Assembly (NCBI GenBank): GCA_038087875.1
Contig: CM075996.1
Span: 6,698,001-6,762,000 of the forward strand
Origin: Malacoraja senta
Lineage: Eukaryota
Length of the DNA: 64,000 bases
Direction: 5' to 3'
The notes below the pieces were generated by a model. The model did no database searches. It saw nothing but the letters and a program-made list of their open reading frames with translations, and was not told the origin of the DNA. The translations under genes were made by a program, and so were the position numbers. Positions 27,800 to 41,980 of the stretch are shown here, piece after piece (within the stretch, counting starts at the first letter, position 1; every line of letters begins with the position of its first letter).

Positions 27800-28113
27800 G
27801 ATGTCCCACTGCACGAGCTAATTCAAGAGTTCTCCCGAGTTTCCCCTGATTCGAACTCGAAAAATTTCGGTAATGGCCGCTCGTAGGTACTCGGGGCTCT
27901 CGTGGACATTTTTCAACATGTTGAAAAATCTTCACGAGTCTTCACGAGCTTACCCCGTTTCCCGAGTACCTGCTGTTAGCGTTACGAGCCGCAAAGAGAC
28001 GTCCCCGAGCTCCGACGTACCCGCTACGTACATTCTACGTGCTTACCACGAGTTAGATTTTTTTTAAAACTCGGGAGAGCTCTTGTATTAGCTCGTACAG
28101 TGGGACAGGCCCC
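27800..28113. mobile_element. MITE (family of 1804-2121) nested in a SINE
   Basis: tgtcccactgcacgagcta ... tagctcgtacagtgggacaggccc interrupts the minus-strand SINE at 27705-28345. Confidence 0.8.
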
Positions 28114-29661
28114 TTTACACTAACCTACACACACTGGGGACAATTTACACTTACACCAAGCCAATTAACCTACAAACCTGTACTGTACATCTTTGGAGTG
28201 TGGGAGGAAACCGAAGATCTTGGAGAAAACCCACGCAGGTCACGGGGAGAACGTACAGAGTCCGTACAGACAGCACCCGCAGTCGGGATCGAACCCGGGT
28301 CCCTGGCGCTGTGCGGCGGCAACTCAACCGCTGCGCCACCCTGCCGCCCACGGTACCAATTGGTGCGAGGTGCCTTGGCACTCACCGCAGGCAGCAGAGG
28401 CAAAGCCAAACTCGTACCCTGTCAGTCGACACAAAAAGCTGGGGTAACTCAGCGGGTCAGACAGCACCTCTGGGGAAAAGGAATAGGTGACGTTTCGGGT
28501 CCGGACTCTTTTTCAGATCCTGTCATTTTAAAAGCGTTATTCGTTCAGTTTGGTTTATGGTCACGTGTACAGTGAAAAGCTCGGCCCATCAGGAATAATA
28601 ATACTGGAGTAATAAATAAGACCCTTGAATGCACTTGACCCAAAACGTCACCGATCCATGTTCTCCAGAGATTTTTACATTTTACAGAGATAGATAGATT
28701 CTTGATTAGTACGGGTGTCAGAGGTTATGGGGAGAAGGCAAGAGAATGTGGTTAGGAGGGAGAGATAAATCAGCCTTGATTGAATGGCGGAGTAGACTTG
28801 ATGGGCCGAATGGCCTAATTCTTCTCATATTCCGGATAACCTTATGACATTATGATGTTATAGAGTCCTACCCCCCACCCCTACCCCCAATCAGTTCCAC
28901 TTATCCTTCAGAGACACAAGTGCCGGAGTAACTCAGTGGGTCCGACAGCATCTCTGGAGAAAAGGAATAGTTGACGTTTCGGGACGAGACCCTTCTTCAG
29001 ACACTCAACCTTTATGCTCTGCTCGGATAAGCAGCCAACAAAATCAAGGACCCACTCATCTCATCTCCCCACTCCTGTTCAGCAGAAGATACAAGATATT
29101 GGACGCATTCTGCACCAGAGTCAAGACCAGCTTCTTCTCCGCAGTTGTCAGGTTCGCCAACGGACTTCCTACATGCTAAGATTTCCCAGTCTTCTTGGTA
29201 GAATCGGCGAGAGTGTATGGGGAGAATTAAAAAGTTGATTTAATGTAGCATTAGTGCACTCAGCAAGTGCTTTAGTCTAATCTGAAGAAGGGTCTTGACC
29301 TGAAACGTCACCTCTCCACGTCCTCCAGAGATGCTGTCTGACCCGCTGAGTTACTCCAGCACTTGGTGTCCTTTTTTAGTTTTAGCTTGGAGATACAGCA
29401 CGGAAACAGGCCTTCCGGCCCACCGAGTCCGCGCCGACCAGCGATCACCCCGTACACACCGTGTTGTCCCACTTTCTCACCCGTTCCCTACACACTAGGA
29501 GCAATTTACAGTGGGGCAATTAACCTACGAACCTGCGCGCCTTTGGGATGTGGGAGGAAACCAGAGCACCCAGAGGAAACCCACGCGGTCACGGGGAGAA
29601 CGTGCAAACTCCACACTGACAGAGCCTGAGGTCGGGATCGAAACGGGGTCTCTGGCACTGT

Positions 29662-30200
29662 GAGAAACATAGAAACATAGAAAATAGGTGCAGGAGTAGG
29701 CCATTCGGCCCTTCGAGCCTGCACCGCCATTCAATATGATCATGGCTGATCATCCAACTCAGTATCCCGTACCTGCCTTCTCTCCATACCCCCTGATCCC
29801 CTTAGCCACAAGGGCCACATCTAACTGCCTCTTAAATATAGCCAATGAACTAGCCTCAACTACCCTCTGTGGCAGAGAGTTCCAGAGATTCACCACTCTC
29901 TGTGTGAAAAAGTTTTTCCTCATCTCGGTCTTAAAGGATTTCCCCCTTATCCTTAAGCTGTGACCCCTTGTCCTGGACTTCCCCAACATCGGGAACAATC
30001 TTCCTGCATCTAGCCTGCCCAACCCCATAAGAATTTTGTACGTTTCTATAAGATCCCCTCTCAATCTCCTAAATTCTAGCGAGTATAAGCCAAGTCCATC
30101 CAGTCTTTCTTCATATGAAAGTCCTGACATCCCAGGAATCAGTCTGGTGAACCTTCTCTGCACTCCCTCTATGGCTATAATGTCCTTCCTCAGATTTGGA
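29662..30200 (-). mobile_element. CR1-clade LINE 3' fragment
   Basis: ORF 29759-30163; agaaacatagaaacatag tail. Confidence 0.88.
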
Positions 30201-31406
30201 GAGGCAGCATCTCAATAAATACCTCCTGCATCAGTGTGCTACCTTGATGGGCCGAAGAGCCAGTGTGTGTGTGTGTGTGTGTGTGTGTCTCTCTCTATAA
30301 ATATAAACATCAGGCAGACCTGTCCCTCTGTTTGGGCGAAAGCTGCTCAGTGCTGCCCCCCGGTGGCGCGGCACCCCTTCCAGAGGCTCCTTTGTGAATT
30401 GCAGCACCTTGTCCCTGACAGTTCACAGTACTCGCCCTACTGACTGCACTACCCCTAGTCTGGGGCTGTCAGCCTGCTTCCCCTGCCCCACTCCCTTGAG
30501 GGAAGTCCTACCGATTTAAATGCAAGAGGGCTGCCCACCAAATGATTTTCAAACCCTGCTTGAAATCTGATACAGCAAAGATAGATGGTGGGAGGAGTGG
30601 GGTGGAAATAGTCAACAGGCCAAGCAGCTTCTGTTTGGAGGAAGCCAGAATATGTTACTTAGCACAGCAATGTACCATGTGCAAAATGCTGAAGGTAGAC
30701 ACAATCTGCTGGAGTAACTCAGCAGGACGGGCAGCATCTCTGGAGAGAAGGAATGGGTGACACTTCGGGTCGAGACCCTTGCTCAGACTGAGATGAGAGT
30801 CAGGGGAGAGGGAGACAGAGATATGGAAGGGTAAGGTGTGAAAACGACAGATCAAAGCAGACTTATAGAGTCATACAGCGTGGAAACATGCCCTTCAGCC
30901 CAACTTGCCCACACCGACCAACATGCCCCATCTACACTAGTCCCACCTGCCTGCATATGGCCCATATCCCTCTAAACCTGTCCTATCCATGTACCTGTCT
31001 AAATGGTTCTTAAACATTGTGATAGTCCCTACCTTAATTACCTCCTCTGGCAGCTCGTTCCATACACGCACCACACTCTGTGTGAAAAAGTTACCCCTCA
31101 TGTTCCCCCCCCTCACCTTAAACCTCTGTTCTCTGGTTCTCGATACCCCTATTCTGGGCCAGAGACTCCGAGCGTCTTCCCGATCTATTCCTAACAATTT
31201 CCCAGTTCTATCCCACGCTATCCTTTTTCTCCGGAGATGCTGCCTGACCCGCTGAGTTACTCCAGCATTTTGGGTCTACCTTCAGTGTAAACCAGCACCT
31301 GCAGTTCCTCCCTATGCAAAATGCTGCAGTTGCTATTATTTAATTTGTGCACAAAAATATAGGCCTTTTAAAAAAAAAAGTGCAACATTTTATGACTGTT
31401 GTAGCA

Positions 31407-31409
<3 letters not shown>

Positions 31410-31445
<36 letters not shown>

Positions 31446-31549
31446 TCTGTGTCTCTTCTTTCTCTCTCTGTCTCCTCGCTCTGTCTCTCTCTCTCTCTCT
31501 CTCTGTCTCCTCTCTCTCTCTGTCTCTTCTCTGTCTCTCTCTCTGTCTC

Positions 31550-31580
<31 letters not shown>

Positions 31581-31611
31581 TCTCTCTCTCTCTCTCTCTC
31601 ATCTCTCTCCG

Positions 31612-31643
<32 letters not shown>

Positions 31644-31710
31644 TGTCTCTCTCTCTCTCTCTCTGTCTCTTCTATCTCTCTCTGGCTCTTCTCTCTCTCT
31701 CTCTCTCTCT

Positions 31711-31761
<51 letters not shown>

Positions 31762-31812
31762 GTCTCTCTCTCTGTCTGTCTCTCTCTCTCTCTCTCTTTC
31801 GCTCTCTCTCTA
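31410..31812 (+). repeat. Long imperfect (CT)n microsatellite
   Basis: About 400 bp of CT/CTGT repeats. Confidence 0.97.
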
Positions 31813-32829
31813 CCTCTCCAAAATAGGTTTACAAGAATGATCCCAGGAATGAGTAGGTTAACCTATGATGAGCTCAGCGGTGCAGCAGCATCTATGGAGC
31901 GAAGGAAATAGGCAACGTTTCGGCCCGAAACGTTGCCTATTTCCTTCGCTCCATAGATGCTGCTGCACCCGCTGAGTTTCTCCAGCATTTTTGTGTACCT
32001 TCGATTTTCCAGCATCTGCAGTTCCTTCTTTAACCTATGATGAGCGTTTGACTGCACTGGGTCTGTACTCGCTGGAGTCTAGAAGGATGAGGGGGTACCT
32101 CATTGAAACATACAGAATAATGAAAGGCCTGGATAGAGTGGATGTGGAGAGGATGTTTCCACTAGTGGGAGAGTCTAGGACTGGAGGTCACAGCCTCAGA
32201 ATTAAAGGACGTTCTTTTAGGAAGAAGATGAGGAGCGATTTATTTAGTCAGAGGGTGGTGAATCTGTGGAATTATTTGCATCTGTGGAATTATTTGCCAC
32301 TGAAGGCTGTGGAGGCCAAGTCAGTGGCTATATTTAAGACAGAGATAGATAAGATTCTTGATTAGTACGGGTGTCAGAGGTTACGGGGAGAAGGCAGGAG
32401 AATGGGGTTGGGAGGGAAAGATACATAGCTCGGGCATAGGTACACAAAAATGCTGGAGAAACTCAGCGGGTGCAGCAGCATGTAACTGCATTTCGTTGTC
32501 TCTGTACTGTACACTGCACAATGACAATAAAGTTGAAATCTGAAGCATCTATGGAGTGAAGGAAATAGGTAACGTTTCATAGATCGGGCATGATTGAATG
32601 GTGAAGTAGACTTGATGGGCCGAATGGCCTAATTCTGCTCCTATATCTCTTATGATCGTATGATCAAAAGCAGTTGCTTTTATTTTTTGATTTTTTTTTT
32701 TGCATTAATATTTTAATTTTAAAAAATTTTGTTTAAAAAAAAAAAGATAAAAATAACTCGCATTTACACTTTATTGCAACAGGGTGGAAGCAACGATTGC
32801 ATTGCATGGTGTCCTCTTTAATTCCCCTG

Positions 32830-32994
32830 CTCTCTCACGGTCACGAGCACGAGCCTGTTTTTTTTGCGCGTGCACGACGGGACTGGCAGCGTGCGCGTGC
32901 CCGGTGCACAGAGAGAGAGAGGGAGAGAGAGAGAGGGGATCGAGGGCGCGCATGAGAAAATGTTGCGCAGGAGGAAAGCAGCGAGCCGGGCTGT
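32830..32994 (+). promoter_or_regulatory. CpG-rich putative promoter/5' UTR of the CBX7-like gene
   Basis: Local CpG/GC enrichment (gcgcgtgcacgacgg, gcgtgcgcgtgcccgg, gcgcgcatg) in non-repeat sequence directly upstream of the ATG. Confidence 0.5.
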
Positions 32995-33063
32995 ATGGAG
33001 CTATCTGCAATAGGTGAGCAGGTATTCGCGGTGGAGGATATCAGGAAGAAGCGCATCCGAAAG
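32995..33063 (+). CDS. CBX7: Polycomb chromobox protein (CBX7-like), first coding exon (start of chromodomain)
   Basis: ATG-initiated MELSAIGEQVFAVEDIRKKRIRK followed by an AAG|gtaatc donor. Closer to CBX7 (MELSAIGEQVFAVESIRKKRVRK) than to CBX6/CBX8 (MELSAVGERVFAAE). Confidence 0.88.
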
Positions 33064-33941
33064 GTAATCCAGCAGCGAATGCAAACCACACCAGCGTGCA
33101 AGAGTTTCAATGCACCGCAGGCAATTAAAAGAAATAAAATGCAGCGGGGTTGCATTAAGAACTGCGCCAGCGGCAGCTGTCTTGTTCGGAGGCTTCAGGA
33201 AGGGGAACAGAGAGGAGGGAGGAAGGGTTGTCTTCTTCTTCGTCTGATCTATAAACCAAATAACAAACAATCAATGCGGGGAGGGGGGGAAATCAATAAT
33301 GCAAGATCAAGCTGGCGATGGATTAACACCAGTGGCATTGCAATGGTTACTGGGCTCAAATGTTGCAGAGTTTAAACAAGCATATTCAGTGTGGGAGGGG
33401 GAGATTGCAACTTGCAAATTGTATTTACTTGTTAGCAAGCGGCGGCGGCCGCCGTCGCAGCTTATTGGGACTTTGGGCTGTTTTTTTTAAAAAATAAATT
33501 AACAGGTCAATTAAATCCCACAAATTGTTACATGCATGTGTAATCTATATCTTTAAAAAAAAAAAATTAAAAAAAAAAAAGCAGTGAGAGCAACTATCAA
33601 CAACGCAGCATATATTCTCAGCAGCCTGTATAATGATCTAACAGGTTAATTATTGAGTCATTAAGAACATAACAAGTGCACTGGTTGGCTTTTGGAGTTG
33701 AGACAGTTAATGCAGAGTGAGAGTGAGAGAGAGAGATGGAGTTATCAAGTAACGTTTATATCTATTGTTTTGGAGTCCAATATTGTTCTAACCCTGTGTG
33801 AAGAAAGGTCTCGACCCCGAAACGTCACCCATTCCTTCTCTCCAGAGATGCTGCTGCCTGCCTGTCTGTCCCACTGAGTTACTCCAGCACTTTGTGTCTT
33901 GTCTTCAGGTGTTCTCATCCAAGCAGGATCTCCAGCATCTT

Positions 33942-33979
<38 letters not shown>

Positions 33980-35193
33980 CCGCTCGGTCCATTGCATTTG
34001 GACATCCTGCCAGTTCTATCCCATTTCCCTGTCTCATTATAACACGCAATGTTTTGATGGTAGGTACACAAAAATGCTGGAGAAACTCAGCGGGTGCAGC
34101 AGCATCTATGGAGCGGAGGAATGGTGATGGTGTATGTGTTCATGACCAACAGTGACTTATATTTATAACTTATTTTTTAAATTCTGATTATTCTGATTAT
34201 ATGTTAACCATAAATCTCTGTAAGGTGTCCTTGAGACCTCGGTATAAGGCGCCCATAAATAAAATTCATTATTATTATTATTATTCAGGCAAGAGAGGGC
34301 AATGGAATAGACAGACATTCTGTGACCTCATGGAGTCTGTTGGTGTTCCTAACTGGCCCTTCGGCCCATCCAGTCAATGCCAACCTGTTCACACTAGTTA
34401 TAGAGTCATACAGCACTGAAACAGGCCCTTCGGCCCAACTCGTCCGTGCTATACAGACCAAGATACCCCATCGACGCTAGTCCCATTTGCCTGCATTTGG
34501 TCCATATCCCTCTAAAGCTTTTCACATTATTCCCTTTATCATGTATCTATAAGCTGTAAATGGCTCAATTGTAATCATGTATTGTCTTTCCGCTGGCTGG
34601 TTAGCACGCAACAAAAGCTTTTCACTGTACCTCGGTACACGTGACAATAAACTCAACTCAAACAAACCTTTCCTATCCAAGTACTTCTCCAAGTGTCTTG
34701 TAAGACAGTGTTGGGCAGCGGTGGCGTTGCTGCCCTACAGCACTGGAGACCTGGGTTCGATCCTGACTGCGGGTGCTGTCTGTATGGAGTTTGTGTGTTC
34801 TCCCTGTGACCGTGTGGGTTTTCTCTGGGTGCTCCGGTTTCCTCCCACACTCCAAAGACGTGCAGGTTTGTAGGTTGTCTGACTTTGGTAATGTTGTAAA
34901 ATTGCCCTTGGTATGTGGAGGATAGAACTCGTGTGCGGGGATCGTTGGTCCGCGAGAACTCGGCGGACGAAGGGCCTGTTACCATGCTGTATGTCTAAAT
35001 GTCAAAATGTTGTATAGCACCTGCTTCAACTACCTCCTCTGGCAGCTCGTTCCATATGCCCACCACCCTCTGAGTTCCATACGCCCAGCACCCTCTTTAG
35101 TGTAGAGATGCAGCATGGAAAGAGGCCCTTCGGCCCACCAAGTCCACGCTAGTTCTATGTTATTCCACTTTTCATGGTACATAGTTATAGTAA

Positions 35194-35606
35194 AGGGCCT
35201 GTCCCACTTTCAGTAGGTAATTCACAAATTCTCCCGAGTTTTCCCCTTGATTCAAACTCGCAGAATGTTCGTAACGAGTCCGTAGGAGGTCGTGAATATA
35301 TCGTAGCGGCTCGTTATGCCAGCCGTAGGTACTCGGGGCATCAGGTAAGTCGGGACGTTTTTTCCAGACCGATAGAAAATGTCCACGAGTAAAAAAAATG
35401 GTCGGGATGAAAGAAATTGCAACTTTTTACTCGTAAGGAGGGCATCGAAATAGTCGTGGGAATTGGTAGACATACTCGTAGGAGTTCGTGAACATATTCG
35501 TGGAAAGTCGAAGGAGTACGTAGATTACCGCGATCTTGATTTTTTTTCTAGGTCCTTTAAACTCAGCAGAGGTTTTGAATTAAGTCTTGAAAGTGGGACA
35601 GGCCCT
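35194..35606. mobile_element. MITE with agggcctgtcccac TIRs
   Basis: agggcctgtcccactttca ... tgaaagtgggacaggccct. Confidence 0.82.
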
Positions 35607-37853
35607 TTAGAAATGTTGCTGCAGGAGCAGAGATTTAAGTGTGTGGAGCGATTGCAATGTGTGTTTGTGGATCTGCTTCTGTGGCCAGCACGCTGGGCTG
35701 GACGCCATCTTGTGCAGTGGGTACAAATGGCCTGTTTATATATTGTATGCCTCTGATTCTCTCTCTGACCTATCTACATGGACAGGACAGGTTTGGAGGG
35801 ATATGGACCAAACACGTGCAGGTGGGACGAGTGCAGCCGGGACATGTTGGCCGGTGTGGGCAAGTTGGGCCGAAGGGCCTGTTTCCACACCGTATCACTC
35901 TATAACTCCAATTATTGGTGGCAGTGATGGGTTAGTCAGGGATCCTTCGGCTAGGGTAGACACAAAAAGCTGGAGTAACTCAGCGAGATAGGCAACTTCT
36001 CTGGAGGGAAGGAATGGGTGACGTTTCGAGTCGGGGCCCTTCTTCAGATCCTTTGGCCAGGACTGGGTCTCCCAAGTCAGACTCCAGGGAATGTTCTGGA
36101 TTGGAACATTTCCCTCAGTGAGGTCCAGGTTTGTGATTGGGAGATCCTCGATGGATTTGAAATGGCGGAGAAGGAGTTGTGGGTGGGGATGTGCCTCGGC
36201 CTCCTGCCTGACTCTTTACACACTTGGACGCAGCTTGCCAACCCTTCTGCTGGGCTCAGAGGAGCTCTGGAGAACATGAATAGCTGAACCATCCCATAGG
36301 GCACATAGAGTCGTACAGTGCGGAAACAGGCCCTTCGGCCCAACCTGCCAATGCCAACCAATCCACTGGTCCCACCTGCCTGCATTATTAAATTATAGTA
36401 GCAGAATTAGGCCATTCGGCCCATCAAGTCTACTCCGCCATTCAATCATGGCTGATCTATATTTCCCTCTCAACCCCATTCTCCTGCCTCCTCCCCATAA
36501 CCCCTGACAACCGTACTAATCAAGAATCTGTCAATCTCCGCCTTAAAAACACCCATTGACGACCTCTGCCGCCGTCTGTGGCAATGAATTCCACAGATTC
36601 ACCACCCTCTGGCTAAAGAAATTCCTCCTCATCTCCTTCCTAAAAGAATGTTCTTTAACTCTGAGGCTATGACCTCTAATCCTAGACTCTCCCACTAGTG
36701 GAAACATCCTCTCCACATCCACTCTATCCAGGCCTTTCACTATTTCAATGAGGTCCCCCCTCATTCTTCTAAACTCCAGCGAGTACAGGCCCAGTGCCGA
36801 CAAGCGCTCACCATAGGTTAACCCACTCATTCCTGGGATTGTTCTTGTGAACAAGATTTCTATCGGTACGTCCTTTTATTCTGAGGCTATGGCCTCTGAT
36901 CCGAGATTCTCCCACTCTATCCAGTTACCTGTCCAATTGTTTCTTTACCGTTTCGACAGTACCTGTCTCAACTCCCTCCTCCGGCAGCTCGTTCCATACA
37001 CCCACCACCCTTTGTGTAAACAGGAAAGTTGCCCCTCGTGTTCCTATTACCCGATAAAGGGATGCAGCCTGGAAACAGGCCTTTCGGCCCACCGAAGCCA
37101 CACTGGTCATCAACCACCCATTTACGCTAATCCTACACTAATCTAATTCTCCAAGATAGACACAAAATGCTGGAGTAACTCGGCGGGACAGGCAGCATCT
37201 CTGGAGAGAAGGAATGGGTGACGTTTCGGGTCGAGACCCTTCTTCAGACTGAAGATGCTGCCTGTCCCGCTGAGTTACTCCAGCTTTTAGTGTCTATCTT
37301 CGGTTTAAACCAGCATCTGCAGTTTTTTCCGACTGATCTAACCCAACTTTATTCTCATCTTATTGTAATCAGCTCCCCCCTGGATTCTACCCCTCATCCT
37401 CGCACCGGGGGGTAATTTACAGAGGGCCAATTAATCTGCAAACCCGCACGTCTTTGGGAGACGGGCGCACCTGGAGGAAACAGGGAGAGCGTGCAAACTC
37501 CACGCCGACAGCACTTGAGGTCAGGATCGAACCCGGGTCTCTGGCGCTGTGAGGCAGCAACTCTACCGCTGCGCCCATCTGACGAGGTGTGGAAGGAAGT
37601 GGGTGGAAGGAGTCCATTCGAGAAGGCCCATGCACAGTGTGCAGAGATCCAGTGGTCAGGCGGAAGGGTGGAGTCATCAGAGCGAGAAAGGAGACCATTT
37701 GGCCCATCGAATACCTGCTGGGTCACTGTAAGAGCAATCGGGATCCGCCCCGTTTCTCAGCTACTTGTCAACCTTTCTCAAGAAGGGCGGCGCGGTGGAG
37801 TTGCTGCCTCACAGCGTAAAAGACCCGGGTTTGTTCCTGACTGTGGGTGCTGT

Positions 37854-38053
37854 NNNNNNNNNNNNNNNNNNNNNNNNNNNNNNNNNNNNNNNNNNNNNNN
37901 NNNNNNNNNNNNNNNNNNNNNNNNNNNNNNNNNNNNNNNNNNNNNNNNNNNNNNNNNNNNNNNNNNNNNNNNNNNNNNNNNNNNNNNNNNNNNNNNNNNN
38001 NNNNNNNNNNNNNNNNNNNNNNNNNNNNNNNNNNNNNNNNNNNNNNNNNNNNN
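37854..38053. other. Assembly gap (exactly 200 N)
   Basis: Run of N. It cuts a SINE on the left and abuts a GAA microsatellite on the right. Confidence 1.
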
Positions 38054-38241
38054 AGAAGAAGAAGAAGAAGAAGAAGAAAAAGAAAAGAAGAAGAAGAAAG
38101 AAGAAAGAAGAGAAGAAGAAGAAGAAAGAAGAAGAAGAAGAAGAAGAAGAAGAAGAAGAAGAAGAAGAAGAAGAAGAAGAAGAGAAGAAGAAGAAGAAGA
38201 AGAAGAAGAAGAAGAGAAGGAAGAAGAAGAAGAAGTAGAAG

Positions 38242-38303
<62 letters not shown>

Positions 38304-38395
38304 GAAGAAGAAGAAGAAGAAGAAGAAGAAGAAGAAGAAGAAAGAAGAAGAAGAAGAAGAGAAGAAGAAGAAGAAGAAGAAGAAGAAGAAAGAAG
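38054..38395 (+). repeat. (GAA)n purine microsatellite
   Basis: Direct inspection; nearly pure GAA with occasional GTA/AAA interruptions. Confidence 0.98.
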
Positions 38396-38429
38396 ATCCC
38401 TTCTTATCCCTCCATCTCCCTCATCTCCC

Positions 38430-38760
38430 GTATTCTATACGGCCATCGTAGAGTCTGTTCTCACCTTCTCCATCATGGTCTGGTTTGGCTCAGCCACCAA
38501 GCACGACACCTGGAGGCTGCAGCGAATCGTCCGATCATCAGAGAAGGTTATTGGCTGCAACCTTCCCTCCATTGACGAACTGTACACTGCAAGGGCCAAG
38601 AAGCGAGCGGGCAAGATCATCTCTGACCCTCTCACCCTGGCCACAAACTCTTTGAATCACTTCCCTCTGGAAGGCGACTCCGGATGTCAAAGCTGCCACA
38701 GCCAGACATAAATTCACGAGTAGTAGCTCTACTCAATAACCAAAAATCTGTTGCTTCCTT
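38430..38760 (+). mobile_element. Rex1/Babar-like non-LTR retrotransposon C-terminal fragment
   Basis: FYTAIVESVLTFSIMVWFGSATKHDTWRLQRIVRSSEKVIGCNLPSIDELY... resembles Rex1-type post-RT sequence. Confidence 0.72.
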
Positions 38761-38764
38761 TTAA

Positions 38765-41700
38765 CCATATAACCATATAACCATTACAGCACGGAAACAG
38801 GCCATCTCGGCCCTTCAAGTCCGCGCTGAACACTTTTTTATTTTTTATTTTTACTTTCCCCTAGTCCCATCTACCTGCACTCAGACCATAACCCTCCATT
38901 CCTTTCCCGTCCATATACCCATCCAATCTATTTTTAAAGGATAAAATTGAACCTGCCTCCACCACTTCCACTGGAAGCTCATTCCACACAGCTACCACTC
39001 TCTGAGTAAAGAAGTTCCCCCTAATGTTCCCCCTAAACTTCTGTCCCTTAATTCTCAAGTCATGTCCCCTTGTTTGAATCTTCCCTACTCTCAATGGGAA
39101 AAGCTTATCCACGTCAACTCTGTCTAACCCGCTCATAATTTTAAAGACCTCTATCAAGTCCCTCTTAACCTTCTGCGCTCCAAAGAATAAAGACCTAACT
39201 TGTTCAACCTTTCTCTGTAACTTAGTTGCTGAAACCCAGGCAACATTCTAGTAAATCTCCTCTGTACTCTCTCTATTTTGTTGACATCCTTCCTATAATT
39301 AGGCGACCAAAAATTGTACTCCATACTCCAGAATTGGCCTCACCAATGCCTTGTACAATTTTAACATTACATCCCAACTTCTATATTCACTGCTCTGATT
39401 TATAAAGGCCAGCACACCAAAAGCTTTCTTTACCACCCTATCTACATGAGATTCCACCTTCAGGGAACTATGCACAGTTATTCCTAGATCCCTCTGTTCA
39501 ACTGCATTCCTCAATTCGCTACCATTTACCATGTATGTCCTATTTTGATTTGTCCTGCCGAGATGTAGCACCTCACATTTATCAGCATTAAACTTCCATC
39601 TGCCATCTTTCAGCCCACTCTTCCAAATGGCCTAAATCTCTCTGTAGACTTTGAAAAATCTACTTCATTATCCACAACACCACCTATCTTAGTATCATCT
39701 GCATACTTACTAATCCCAATTTTTCCACACCATCATCCAGATCATTGATGACATGACAAACAACAGTGGACCCAACACAGACCCCTGAGGCACCCCACTA
39801 GTCACCGGCCTCTAACCTGACAAACAGCCCACCCACCATTACTCTCTGGCATCCATTCAGCCACTGTTGAATCCATCTTGCTACTCACCATTAATACCCA
39901 ACAATTGAATCTTCTTAACCAACCTTCCATGAGGAACCTTGTCAAAGGCCTTACTGAAGTCCATATAGACAACATCCACTGCTTTACCCTCATCAATTTC
40001 CCTAGTAACCTCTTCAAAAAATTCCAAGAAGATTAGTCAAACATGACCTTCCAGGCACAAATCCATGTTGACTGTTCCTAATCAGACCCCTGCTTATCCA
40101 GATGCTTATATATATTAACTCTAAGTATCCTTTCCATTAATTTGCCCACCACTGACGTCAAACCAACAGGTCTATAATTGCTAGGTTTACTCTTAGAACC
40201 CCTTTTAAACAACGGAACAACATGCGCAGTACGCCAATCCTCCGGCACTATTCCCGTTTCTAATGACATTTGAAATATTTCTGTCATAGCCCCTGCTATT
40301 TCTACACTAACTCCCCTCAATGTCCTAGGGAATATCCTGTCAGGACCTAGAGACTTATCCGTTTTCATATTTTTTAAAAGTGTCTGCACCTCCTCTTCTT
40401 TGAATCTCATAGTTTCCATTGCTACTCTGCTTGTTTCCCTTACCTCACATAATTCCATATCCTTCTCCTTGGTGAATAGCGAAGAAAAGAAATTGTTCAA
40501 TATCTCCCCCATCTCTTTGGCTCTGCAGATAGCTGTCCACTCTGACTTTCTAATGGACCAATTTTATTCCTTGTTATCCTTTTGCTATTAATATAGCTGT
40601 AGAAACCCTTTGGATTTACTTTCACCTTACTTGCCCAAAGCAACCTCATATCTTCTTTTAGCTTTTCTAATTTCTTTCTTAATATTCTTTTTACATTCTT
40701 TATACTCCTCAAGCACCTCATTTACTCCATGCTGCCTATAATTATTGTAGATCTCTCTCTTTTTCCGAACCAAGTGTCCATTTCCCGTGAAAACCATGGC
40801 TCTTTCCAATTTTTACTATTTCCTTTCAACCGAACAGGTACATAAAGATTCTGTACTCTTAAAATGTCACCTTAAAAGTCCTCCATTTCTCTTCTACATC
40901 CTTCCCATAAAACAACATGTCCCAATTCACTCCTTTTAAATCCTTTCGCAACCCCTCAAAGTTAGCCTTTCTCCAATCAAAAATCTCAACCCTAGGTCCA
41001 GTCTGACCCTCTCCATAATTATATTGAAACTAATGGTATTGTGATCACTGGACCCGAAGTGCTCCCCGACGCTTACCTCCGCCACCTGCCCTGTCTCATT
41101 TCCTAACAGGAGGTCCAGCACTGCCCCTTCTCTAGTAGGTACCTCTATGTATTGCTGCAAAGAACTATCCTGCACACATTTTACAAACTCCAAACCATCC
41201 AGCCCTTTTACAGAATGTGTTTCCCAGTCCATGTGTGGAAAATTGAAATCTCCCACAATCACTACCTTGTGCTTACTACTAATATCTGCTATCTCCTTAC
41301 ATATTTGCTCTTCCAATTCTCGCTCTCCATTTGGCGGTCTATATACACCCCTATAAGTGTTGCTACACCTTTCCCATTTCTCAGTTCTACCCAAATAGCC
41401 TCCCTAGAACGAGCCCTCTAATCTATCCTGCCAAAGCACTGCTGTAATATCTTCCTTGACAAGCAATGCAACACCCCCACCTCTTGCCCCTCCAATTCTA
41501 TCACCCCTGAAGCAACGAAATCCTGGAATATTTAGTTTCCAATCACAGCCCTCCTGCAACCATGTCTCACTGATCCCCACAACATCATACTTCCAGGTGT
41601 CAATCCAGGCTCTAAGCTCATCCACCTTTCTTACAATGCTCCTAGCATTAAAATATACACATTTTAAGAAACCCACCACCACTTATTCTCTGTTTATTTT

Positions 41701-41980
41701 CTTTTTCTTCTTTTCTCCCCTACATTTTGGGTCCGAGTGCTTCCCTTCTCTGCCTCTGCCTCACACACTGTCTACTAGCTTTCTCTGTTTGAGTCCCTCC
41801 CACAACCGTTCTAGTTTAAATCTCCCCAGTAGCCTTTGCAAATCTCCCCGCCAGGATATTGGTCCCCCTCGGGTTCAAGTGCAACCCGTCCTTTCTGTAC
41901 AGGTCGCACCTTCCCCAAAAGAGGTCCCAATGATCCAGAAATTTGAATCCCTGCCCGCTGCACCAGTTCCTTCAGCCACG
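38765..41980 (-). mobile_element. Long, decayed CR1-clade LINE: ORF1 esterase remnant, ORF2 APE endonuclease and RT, microsatellite tail
   Basis: Minus-strand fragments: FLDHWDLFWGRCDLYRKDGLHLN (ORF1 esterase-like), LKCVYFNARSI...VVGISETWL and IVGDFN (endonuclease), NYRPVGLTSVVGKLME (RT), FFTQRVVAVWNELP (CR1 C-terminus); (GGTTATAT)n tail; multiple frameshifts. Confidence 0.92.

Noticed and set aside
31340..31826. (RE)n / (LS)n ORFs
   Set aside because: Translation of the CT microsatellite.
33064..33375. Continuation of the 126-aa ORF beyond the CBX7-like exon
   Set aside because: Similarity to the chromodomain stops exactly at the GT donor; the rest is intron read-through.
37491..38711. Long ORFs with poly-E/K/R
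   Set aside because: Artefacts of reading through the N gap and the GAA microsatellite into a Rex-like fragment.
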